From contig CAUDEV010000001.1 of NCBI GenBank assembly GCA_958448685.1, positions 1-51,629 on the forward strand: DNA of 51,629 nt, read 5' to 3'. The DNA is from an uncultured Alphaproteobacteria bacterium (GTDB lineage: Bacteria; Pseudomonadota; Alphaproteobacteria; RUG11792). A model generated the notes under the pieces. That model saw nothing but the letters and a program-made list of their open reading frames with translations. It made no database searches and was not told the origin of the DNA. Positions 1 to 7,157 of this stretch are shown piece after piece. Made by a program: the position numbers and the translations under genes. Position 1 is the first letter of the stretch, and every line of letters starts with the position of its first letter.

Positions 1-112
1 TGCCACACTTTATTTATATACGTCGCAAATCGTGCTCCATTTGCGATATGTCTAAGGGTTAATCAACATCCATCCCTAAGGTGAAAGGGTTATTGGGAGA
101 GATTCTTGGGGA

Positions 113-154
113 GCGCGGCGTGTTGTATAATATCAAAGATATCACACGCCGCGC
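113..154. repeat. GC-rich hairpin repeat, copy A (inner stem degenerate)
   Basis: gcgcggcgtgt (113-123) is the reverse complement of acacgccgcgc (144-154). The loop ATAATATCAAAGATA matches the loops of the copies at 25102, 31539 and 41764. Confidence 0.8.
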
Positions 155-239
155 CTGTTATTATCCGCGCTTTGAAAAGCGGACTTTAGCGCCCCAGATC
201 TCCCTACTTTATAAATTCATCTATTCGCGTTGCCAGCGC

Positions 240-851
240 CTATGTCGGGGATAATGCCGGAACTTCAGGAATAATTGATAAAGCTTTACATTCTTTATTC
301 TTAAATACTAAACGATTTTTCACAACAATTCTCAGGAAATATCCATGATATGTGATACGTTTCAGAAAAATAGGAAAGCTTCTCATACGAAGCCTTTGTT
401 CCATTTTCTTTCTTGGAGCATCACGTTCCTTCAGAATTTTGATCATCGCTTCACGACGTTTTTCCTCACGAATCTCCTTTTTTGACATCACATGACGTGC
501 AAACTTCACATTACAAACATTCATCAAAAGTTTCTCGATATAATATTTCGAAGGAGATCCAATCCCGGGAATCCGAAGGTCACGTGCCACAATTTCGATT
601 CCATTATAATCATCCATATCAGATTCATAACCCCTGAAATTTAGACGACACTCCATCGCAAGAAACAAGGTTTTACCATGTTTATCATGAAGTTTTATAA
701 GTTGAGGACGCATAAAACATTCTTCATATTTCTTATTAATTCTAATAAAAATTTCTGGTTTTTTGTGATCCTCAATACGGCGGTTATCAAACTTAATCTG
801 CTTAAGCTTGACATCTTTCTCACCACCCCAAATTGTCATATAAATTCTCAT
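240..851 (-). CDS. hypothetical phage protein with a helix-hairpin-helix-like motif (RIPGIGSPSKYYIEKLL)
   Basis: 203-aa ORF with ATG at 851 and TAG stop at 240-242. Only the IPGIG HhH-like motif is recognisable. No integrase or recombinase motifs seen. Confidence 0.5.
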   Translation of the reverse strand: MRIYMTIWGGEKDVKLKQIKFDNRRIEDHKKPEIFIRINKKYEECFMRPQLIKLHDKHGKTLFLAMECRLNFRGYESDMDDYNGIEIVARDLRIPGIGSPSKYYIEKLLMNVCNVKFARHVMSKKEIREEKRREAMIKILKERDAPRKKMEQRLRMRSFPIFLKRITYHGYFLRIVVKNRLVFKNKECKALSIIPEVPALSPT

Positions 852-922
852 AAATTACTTCTAAAAGTTGATAATTGTTGTTATTAAGTTGCGCCATTTG
901 TTATAACTCCTTTTATATTATT

Positions 923-1049
923 TTTTCGAAAGGAACGAGGAGAGAGGGATTGATTTACGAAATTTAGTCAAGTCAAAAGAGTGAGTGGAACGAACGAGAC
1001 TTGACGAAATGGGAGTAAATCAATATAATCGTTTCCGCCTTTCGGAAAA
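923..1049 (-). ncRNA. candidate IS110-associated structured RNA (bridge/seek-RNA-like long hairpin in the 3' non-coding end)
   Basis: Nested inverted repeats: ttttcgaaagg/cctttcg(g)aaaa, aacg/cgtt, attgatttac (949-958)/gtaaatcaat (1015-1024), gtcaagtc (967-974)/gacttgac (998-1005). Two internal loops both start GAAAT. Confidence 0.3.
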
Positions 1050-1090
1050 TGTGCCGTGTTGAGTAGTAGTAAAAGTAGGGTTGTTTTTCA

Positions 1091-2122
1091 TCATGATTGA
1101 CCTCCTTTGGCTATTGATGAAGGATATATTGTTACGTTGTTGCTTGAAGGTTGGTTTAACAATTTTAACCCCTCTATCAAGCTAGGTTCTTTAAGCACTT
1201 CTCGCACTATTGCGTTGAGGTGTATTATCATCTTCCTCATACAGGCTACAAGGGCAGTCATTTTCCTTTTACCTTTCTTGACTAGCCTGTTGTAAAAGGT
1301 GGAGATGTTTTCGTTATATCTGATTGCACTTAGTGCTGCCATATATAATGTCCTCTTAACTATTGGTCTGCCGCAGCCTGCTGTCGTCATATGTCCTTTC
1401 TTGGTTCCACTTTCTCGTACATATGGAACTAATCCCGACAAGGCTGCTACCTTTTTATTTTTTAATGTCCCTATCTCTGGTAAGTATACCATAATCTTTA
1501 TTGCTGTTGTCAATGATACTCCACTATATTTTATCATAGATTCTACTTTTTTATTCCCTTTTTTACTTTTCTTTAATAATTCCTTTATTTTATTCTCAAC
1601 TTCTTGTATAATTTTATTTCTTTGTTCGATCGACTTTTCTATAATTTCTTCTATACCCCAATATCCAGGACTTTGTAATCTGTTCTTTTCCGCAGCTCTT
1701 TGTCTTTTCAACTCTTCCAAGTATGTCATTAACTTCTTTAATTCTTCTTCTGTTTCATCTGTTTTGTTATACAATCTCAAATCCTCATGACGCTCTTTCC
1801 CATATTGCGCCAAGGCTTTCGAATCCAATAAATCTGTTTTTGCTTTCTGTCCCAATGATTCTACATAGTGTTTAAAACTCTTATTTTCTGTTTTGTGTAT
1901 TGCAAATCCCATCTTAGTTAATGCTTTCACACATTTCTTTTCATATCCTCCCGTATTTTCCAGTATTACCAAGCTTCCTGCCTGTTCCACTTTCTTAAAA
2001 GCCGTTTCTATATTCTTAGTTCTATTTGCTATAGTCATATGTTTATTTGTCCCTAAGTTAAATATATCTACTTTATCCTTAGCTACATCGATTCCGATAA
2101 AATTTTTAAAATTCATTATCAA
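1091..2122 (-). CDS. IS110-family transposase (DEDD RuvC-like N-domain plus Tnp C-domain)
   Basis: 343 aa. Motifs seen: IGIDVAKDK, ILENTGGYEK, KTDLLDSKALAQY and the C-terminal LSGLVPYVRESGTKKGH with a serine. This is the typical IS110/IS1111 layout. Confidence 0.9.
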   Translation of the reverse strand: MIMNFKNFIGIDVAKDKVDIFNLGTNKHMTIANRTKNIETAFKKVEQAGSLVILENTGGYEKKCVKALTKMGFAIHKTENKSFKHYVESLGQKAKTDLLDSKALAQYGKERHEDLRLYNKTDETEEELKKLMTYLEELKRQRAAEKNRLQSPGYWGIEEIIEKSIEQRNKIIQEVENKIKELLKKSKKGNKKVESMIKYSGVSLTTAIKIMVYLPEIGTLKNKKVAALSGLVPYVRESGTKKGHMTTAGCGRPIVKRTLYMAALSAIRYNENISTFYNRLVKKGKRKMTALVACMRKMIIHLNAIVREVLKEPSLIEGLKLLNQPSSNNVTIYPSSIAKGGQS

Positions 2123-2380
2123 TCTCCTTTCAGACTATAGTCCTCTATTATTAACGTGTTTATTTCAACACTTCATGCCGTTCGAACTTAATTTCATGAA
2201 GTATGGCGCCTAACATTTTCCACGGGTTTATTCCATCCCTATTAACCTACAAGCTACCATACTTCGTTTTGCTGTCACGGCCATGACAACAAAATCTCTC
2301 TTCTTTATGGTTCAAGACAACATGCAATGAACCACAAAATATATCCTAGAACATACAGAGAAAGAGAGCCAATTGTCGCT

Positions 2381-2548
2381 TCAGCGACGTCCCTCCAACT
2401 CCATTTGTTCATCTTCCTTCACCTCTGGCATAGGCTCCCAGCATAATCCTGGACGCTCTTTGATTAACATCATTCCAAAATGCTCTATCTCAGCCAACTG
2501 CTCTGAGTTGGCTAAGACTTGTATTGTCATTAATGTCTGTTTAATCAT
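2381..2548 (-). CDS. small hypothetical phage protein (55 aa)
   Basis: Strong SD AAGGAGG 4 nt upstream of the ATG at 2548. ATGA overlap with the upstream gene's stop. Not in the ORF track because it is short. Confidence 0.55.
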   Translation of the reverse strand: MIKQTLMTIQVLANSEQLAEIEHFGMMLIKERPGLCWEPMPEVKEDEQMELEGRR

Positions 2549-2883
2549 GCTGCCTCCTTGGAGAAAATACTCTCTCTTGTTGGCAAAGGTTTGTTTAATT
2601 CCCTAAAATACTCTTCATGTGCTTTCAATCTCTGCTCATGATACCAAGCATTTAGTTTATCAGTGCAATAGTCATATTCATCACGTGTCTTACACGAGCT
2701 ATATAACCTATCTAAAGCATTATCTTTTTTGTCAGCTAGTTCCTTAATCTTGGCAAAGTATCTTCCTTTTGGAGTTTTCCTTAATTGCTTTTCCATTTTT
2801 GCTTGCCAGGAATAAGAGGGTACATTCCTATCAAATGTCCTGCTGAATTGCTCCAATTCTTGCATTTGCGATATATTATTCAT
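2545..2883 (-). CDS. hypothetical phage protein (112 aa)
   Basis: ORF-track ORF. SD GGAGG precedes the ATG, and it is translationally coupled on both sides (TAATG upstream, ATGA downstream). Confidence 0.6.
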   Translation of the reverse strand: MNNISQMQELEQFSRTFDRNVPSYSWQAKMEKQLRKTPKGRYFAKIKELADKKDNALDRLYSSCKTRDEYDYCTDKLNAWYHEQRLKAHEEYFRELNKPLPTRESIFSKEAA

Positions 2884-2996
2884 TATGCATCCTCCCTAGT
2901 GTTAGCTTCTTCTATAAGGAAGATTAAAATATCAAATAAATTTGCTTGTGCATTAACATACCACTCTTTGATTCTGTCTAATCTCTGTGTATTCAT
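2883..2996 (-). CDS. small hypothetical phage protein (37 aa)
   Basis: SD AGGAGGG then ATG at 2996. TAA at 2883-2885 overlaps the next ATG. Its initiation region GGAGG.TGCATAATGAATA is nearly identical to that of the next gene. Confidence 0.45.
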   Translation of the reverse strand: MNTQRLDRIKEWYVNAQANLFDILIFLIEEANTREDA

Positions 2997-3030
2997 TATG
3001 CAGCCCTCCTGAGTGAACGATAATCTTTTA

Positions 3031-3246
3031 TCATTTTCCACTTCTTTGCATAAGAATTAGCGAGATTCTCTCAGATTCCTCATAGGCCTGTACACGTGCA
3101 TTTAATACGCGTATAGCCCTTTCGTAGTCCTCTACGTATTATCCTAAGTCTGCTTCTACTTGAGTTTTCTCTGCGCATTCTACCGCAAACATAGCCTCTA
3201 ACTCAGCCTCTGAAGGTCCCGCTATTATTATTTCTTGATTGTTCAT
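3031..3246 (-). pseudogene. small phage ORF interrupted by one in-frame TAA (3139-3141)
   Basis: Reads MNNQEIIIAGPSEAELEAMFAVECAEKTQVEADLG-TAA-YVEDYERAIRVLNARVQAYEESERISLILMQRSGK-TGA. The 35 codons after the TAA contain no usable start codon. Confidence 0.5.
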
Positions 3247-3251
3247 ATGTA

Positions 3252-3404
3252 CTCCATTTACTACTAAAACCATCTCATGCCTCAGCAAAAATACCAAAGC
3301 ATGAGCATTCACCCCCGGTCGTAGTAAATGGAAAATAAACCAGAGGTGAAATCTTTCTAAAATTTTGATTTATAAAAATCATTTTCTGTCTCCATTTACT
3401 ACTA
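3252..3404 (-). promoter_or_regulatory. triple repeat: two SD-containing copies and one complementary copy
   Basis: ctccatttactacta occurs at 3252-3266 and 3390-3404, each directly upstream of an ATG on the minus strand. The reverse complement gtagtaaatgga occurs at 3321-3332. Confidence 0.55.
3275..3382 (-). CDS. candidate leader ORF (35 aa) containing an anti-SD copy
   Basis: GGAG, 7 nt, then ATG at 3382; TGA at 3275-3277. Codons FPFTT are encoded by the inverted copy of the 12-nt repeat. Confidence 0.3.
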   Translation of the reverse strand: MIFINQNFRKISPLVYFPFTTTGGECSCFGIFAEA

Positions 3405-3523
3405 TCAACAGCACCATTGCTATTGATAAATATCTCATAACATAGTGTTTAGAGCATGTCAAGAGGTTATTTGCATTTTCTTTGTAATTTAATTACACGT
3501 TTTTGCATTTTGCTTAATATTTT

Positions 3524-3904
3524 TTAGGAAAAGGTTTCGTCTATTATTCTCTTAATCTTATTAAAAATTGTTTTGTCTTTTTGTATAGCTGTTTTTATAG
3601 TTAATTTTATTGATGGATTTAGATTTTCTCGTTTTTCAACACTAGTAAAATCAGAACCACTAATAGAAAAATATTTTGTGATATTTATGTAAGACTGGTG
3701 AGACAGGCATTGTAATTGATGAGTCTCCAAGTATACCAAATGGTCTTTCTCATACTGATAAGGTCGTTTTTCATCCACTGAATTTATAAATAAAAACAAA
3801 TTATCCTTGTTTGAAATACAGATAACAAATTTATCTTTTGGAGGAATAGACTGTTTACATTGTTTTATAAAATAAACCGTTCCAGATTCGAATTTAAAAC
3901 TCAT
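3524..3904 (-). CDS. candidate toxin partner of the PanA-like antitoxin (126 aa, no recognised domain)
   Basis: Its ATG at 3904 directly abuts the TAA of the upstream DUF4065 gene. The size and two-gene architecture are typical of PanAT pairs. Confidence 0.5.
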   Translation of the reverse strand: MSFKFESGTVYFIKQCKQSIPPKDKFVICISNKDNLFLFINSVDEKRPYQYEKDHLVYLETHQLQCLSHQSYINITKYFSISGSDFTSVEKRENLNPSIKLTIKTAIQKDKTIFNKIKRIIDETFS

Positions 3905-4453
3905 TTAAAATACCAAAAACAATGATTCCTGTTTTAAATCCTCAATGATATCCTCTTTATTGGGGTTATCGTCTTGTATGAGTAACTCGTAATCCATATC
4001 TTTATTTTCTTCTGCACTTTCCCAAGCTTTTTCTTTGTGAGTAATATCAAAAAGGTCTTTAAAAGTTTTATCCTTACAGAAATCAAATGCTGTATCTAAA
4101 CACTCAATATCAGATTCAGAAAACAAATCAATATTCGCTTCTCTTAATGGAGAGATTAATTTTTCTTTACCATTCTGAGTTACTATAAATGATTTCAAAA
4201 TTTTATTAAAAAACTCTGAACTGAACTTAAAACTATTAAAATTAATAATATCTAAAACTTCAGAAGGAACAGGACCGCACTTCATCCTTATATAAGTATC
4301 TCCAATAATAGGACGCCCATATTTGTTTAAGTGTTCTTTGTCCGCATAAAAAAGCGTCTTTACAACATGATAATGATCTATATTTGGTTTCTTGTTTGCC
4401 AAATATAATACCCCCTCCAGTGCTTTATCGCTATTTACCCGAAACTTGATCAT
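3905..4453 (-). CDS. Panacea/DUF4065 (SocA/GepA-like) antitoxin-domain protein
   Basis: The segment VVKTLFYADKEHLNKYGRPIIGDTYIRMKCGPVPSEVLDIINF matches the KLxYxA...G.PitG..y....GPVp signature of DUF4065. Strong SD AGGAGG upstream. Confidence 0.7.
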   Translation of the reverse strand: MIKFRVNSDKALEGVLYLANKKPNIDHYHVVKTLFYADKEHLNKYGRPIIGDTYIRMKCGPVPSEVLDIINFNSFKFSSEFFNKILKSFIVTQNGKEKLISPLREANIDLFSESDIECLDTAFDFCKDKTFKDLFDITHKEKAWESAEENKDMDYELLIQDDNPNKEDIIEDLKQESLFLVF

Positions 4454-4532
4454 AACCTTATCTCCGATTACCTCCTAACCTTTCAATATAATTCTACCCG
4501 AAACAAAAGCAGATAGCCAGAGTTATTTCTTA

Positions 4533-5027
4533 TTAAAACTGAAAATGCCCAAATGGATCCCACCAAATAGGAATGAATTCGTCATGGTATGCAATTTCTA
4601 TAACTGCAAAGATGTTTTCACTTGGTCCGATACCACAGCATTGAGCTCCGTCGCATTTAAAAAGCCTCATTCTGTTGTCTTTTAGAATATCTTCAGAAAT
4701 ACCCATTTCTAATAAATTATCTCTACAGAAAGCCTCTTTCGATACTGGCTTGGATCTTAAACATTCTTTCGTTAAAGTTTGCTCGCATGTGAGTTTCGTT
4801 AAGTAATCCAACGACCTCGAAACAATCCACACACCATTTCCGCCTATCTTTTCAAGAGTATCCAAAGAATAGAAGTAGTTAAAAAATGTCAACGGATAGG
4901 TATTGTATCTGCTGTTTTCATGGCGTCTATACCAAAATTCTGGATTGATATCATACGAAAAACGAAATTCCGGCTTAGGAATGAACTCTTTAATATTTTC
5001 TCTTCCATCAAAAATTTTATTCATCAT
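4533..5027 (-). CDS. hypothetical protein (164 aa)
   Basis: ORF-track ORF with no recognised motif. Lies in the accessory region between the TA pair and the early genes. Confidence 0.5.
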   Translation of the reverse strand: MMNKIFDGRENIKEFIPKPEFRFSYDINPEFWYRRHENSRYNTYPLTFFNYFYSLDTLEKIGGNGVWIVSRSLDYLTKLTCEQTLTKECLRSKPVSKEAFCRDNLLEMGISEDILKDNRMRLFKCDGAQCCGIGPSENIFAVIEIAYHDEFIPIWWDPFGHFQF

Positions 5028-5079
5028 AATTCTAAAAAATAAAAAGCAAAAATAAAAAATATAATAAAATTTTACAATA

Positions 5080-5301
5080 TTATTTCTTATTTTTCTCCAA
5101 TAACTTTTTATATTGACTGATTCCGCTCTTAACGTCCTCTTTAGAAATATTTAGAAAATCACTAAGAGACCCAATGGCTTTAGGGTCATTTCTGAGAATC
5201 ATTGCCCTGAAATCTTCTTCGGAGATTTTTTTTGCCCTATTTAATTTCAGGGCGGTTTCAAGGAACTTTTCCGCTAAAACATGAAATAAAGTTTTAAACA
5301 T
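5080..5301 (-). CDS. small hypothetical protein, possible early regulator (position only)
   Basis: Divergent from the ERF gene across a 65-110-nt AT-rich region (depending on the ERF start used) that contains the palindrome ATTTATAAAT. I prefer the ATG at 5301 over the GTG at 5307. Confidence 0.4.
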   Translation of the reverse strand: MFKTLFHVLAEKFLETALKLNRAKKISEEDFRAMILRNDPKAIGSLSDFLNISKEDVKSGISQYKKLLEKNKK

Positions 5302-5414
5302 ATTCACATTAAATCTAATAATATTATAAATAATTATAACAAAAGTATTTATAAATTTAATATAAATATGTAATGATTATAAAAGGAAAATGTTATTCGA
5401 TATATTACTTGTCT

Positions 5415-6155
5415 ATGGAAAGTAATACAGAACACAAAGAAAATAAAAATATCTATCAAAGACTTCAGCTTGCCAGAGTTGCTCTTCAGGAAAAGAAACT
5501 TCCTAAAACGGGCAAGAATGAATATGCGAAGTTTAAATATTATGAATTGTCGGATTTCCTACCATCTGCGAATCAAATATTCTTAGATGTAGGATTAACG
5601 ACTTGTTTCAACTTGTCTGAGGACAAGGCAGAATTAACCTTAATTAACATTAATGATCCTAATGAGAGAATAATATTTTCCACATATCTTCCTGAAAAGT
5701 ACGAACAAAAAGGATCTACTCCTGTTCAACAACTTGGAGGTCTCCATACTTACCTTAAAAGATACCTCTATATGAATGCTTTAGAAATTGTCGAAAATGA
5801 TTCTATAGACTGCCAAAAACCTAAAGCAGAATCTAAACCTACTAAAAAACAGGAGAAATCGGAATATGAAGATGAGATACCAGAGGAATATGCAAAAACA
5901 ACTCCTCCATCAAAAGCAAATCCAGGAGTACAAACTTCAAAACCTCCAATGAATAGAGAACAGGTTTTCACTTATCTGACCAAGTTCTTGAATCAACCTG
6001 AAAAAGACCACAAAAAAGCATATGGCTGGATGATGAGAATTAATGAGACGAATATCTTATCAAATGAAGACAAAATGCAATTCTTAATGTCTATAGATAA
6101 CGTATACGATACGAAATATCATGAGACCTTTGAGAGAAAATTAAAAGGAGAATAA
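5415..6155 (+). CDS. ERF-family single-strand annealing protein
   Basis: N-terminal segment IYQRLQLARVALQEKKLPKTGKNEYAKFKYYELSDFLPSANQIFLDVGL fits the ERF signature. The C-terminal half is acidic and proline-rich. The longer ORF begins at 5373. Confidence 0.65.
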   Translation: MESNTEHKENKNIYQRLQLARVALQEKKLPKTGKNEYAKFKYYELSDFLPSANQIFLDVGLTTCFNLSEDKAELTLININDPNERIIFSTYLPEKYEQKGSTPVQQLGGLHTYLKRYLYMNALEIVENDSIDCQKPKAESKPTKKQEKSEYEDEIPEEYAKTTPPSKANPGVQTSKPPMNREQVFTYLTKFLNQPEKDHKKAYGWMMRINETNILSNEDKMQFLMSIDNVYDTKYHETFERKLKGE

Positions 6156-6745
6156 TGTCATTACTAAAATTAAATAAAAACATACCAGGAGTATCTTCTG
6201 ATAATTTTGCGAAGGAATTTTGCAATCACCCAAGTGTAAAGTCTTTTGTTACAGAATTTGAAAAGAATTGTAACAAAATGATACGATTCCTTCCTTTTGA
6301 TAGCGAGAGAGATTTTAAAAACATTCATTTGCTATATCCCGCTTGGAGTGCAAGAGAATTAGCTATTAACAAAAATATTAACTCAAGGATATCAAAACTT
6401 TGGGTATATGGTAAATATCCAAAGAACTTTGTCACATGCTTGATAAATGGTGAAGTATGCTTTATTCTTGGCTTTGCAACTGTAGACGACAGACATGCAT
6501 TAGAATTGTCTTTTCTATCAGGCAAGTCATTGAAGAAAACTTTCGGACATAAATTTGCAGATATATTTTCCATATATATGTCTGTTCTCGTAAAAACTTT
6601 TCCAAAAGATTTTATCATCGCAAGTTGTGACAAAGAATTTGAAGTGTACTCAAAATTTGTTAAGCATTTTGGATTTGTATTCTGGGAGGACTATAGTGGG
6701 TATGGACGCGAATATAGCCTTTACATATTCAAAACTGTTCTCTAA
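6155..6745 (+). CDS. hypothetical phage protein (196 aa)
   Basis: ORF-track ORF. Its start overlaps the ERF stop (ATAATG). Confidence 0.5.
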   Translation: MSLLKLNKNIPGVSSDNFAKEFCNHPSVKSFVTEFEKNCNKMIRFLPFDSERDFKNIHLLYPAWSARELAINKNINSRISKLWVYGKYPKNFVTCLINGEVCFILGFATVDDRHALELSFLSGKSLKKTFGHKFADIFSIYMSVLVKTFPKDFIIASCDKEFEVYSKFVKHFGFVFWEDYSGYGREYSLYIFKTVL

Positions 6746-7157
6746 TTTAACTGCAAGGAATTTAAAGAAGCCTGAGGATATTCTATCTCATAACTTAGCT
6801 ATTTGGCTACGGAACAAAGTAATTTCGGGAATTCCTTTGATATTTTTTCACGTTCCAAATGAATCATTCACAAGTTATTCATATGCAGCAAAATTAAATG
6901 CTATAGGAAGAATATCAGGAGCTCCAGATTTTGTTATTGCATCAAATGGAAAAGTCATCTTTCTGGAATTAAAAGCTCCCGGAAACAAGAAACCTAAATT
7001 GTCTGAAAACTAAAAAGCTTTCCAGGAATGGTCAGATATCTCCGGAACTCCATACTTTGTTGTGGATTCTTTAAATGATGCGAAACATATCGTCAAAGAA
7101 CATCTTTTAGGCGTCACTGATTTCAGCGTCTTGCGTAATACTCAAGACATTGAATGA
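6702..7157 (+). pseudogene. VRR-NUC nuclease with an in-frame TAA (7011-7013) at the conserved Gln codon
   Basis: Reads GAPDFVIASNGKVIFLELKAPGNKKPKLSEN-TAA-KAFQEWSDISGTPYFVVDSLNDAKHIV. The VRR-NUC consensus is PD..(E/D)xK...LS..Q..W, so the stop sits exactly where Q is expected. Confidence 0.7.

Larger units (their letters stand above)
900..2375 (-). mobile_element. IS110-family insertion sequence; boundaries approximate
   Basis: A DEDD/Tnp20-type transposase ORF is flanked by ~190 nt (3') and ~250 nt (5') of structured non-coding DNA. It interrupts a chain of translationally coupled leftward phage genes between 2381 and 851. Exact ends cannot be fixed from a single copy. Confidence 0.75.

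Noticed and set aside
94-217. Outer imperfect inverted repeat (tgggagagattcttgggg at 94-111 against ccccagatctccc at 192-204) enclosing hairpin A and a second small hairpin (163-182)
   Set aside because: Pairing needs a 4-nt indel and rests on two 6-nt blocks. The other three copies show no equivalent outer repeat, so I do not call a larger element.
69-2241. Shared 10-mer tccatcccta (69-78 and 2232-2241) as a possible IS target or att signal
   Set aside because: Exact 10-mer matches are expected many times by chance in a 51-kb window searched on both strands.
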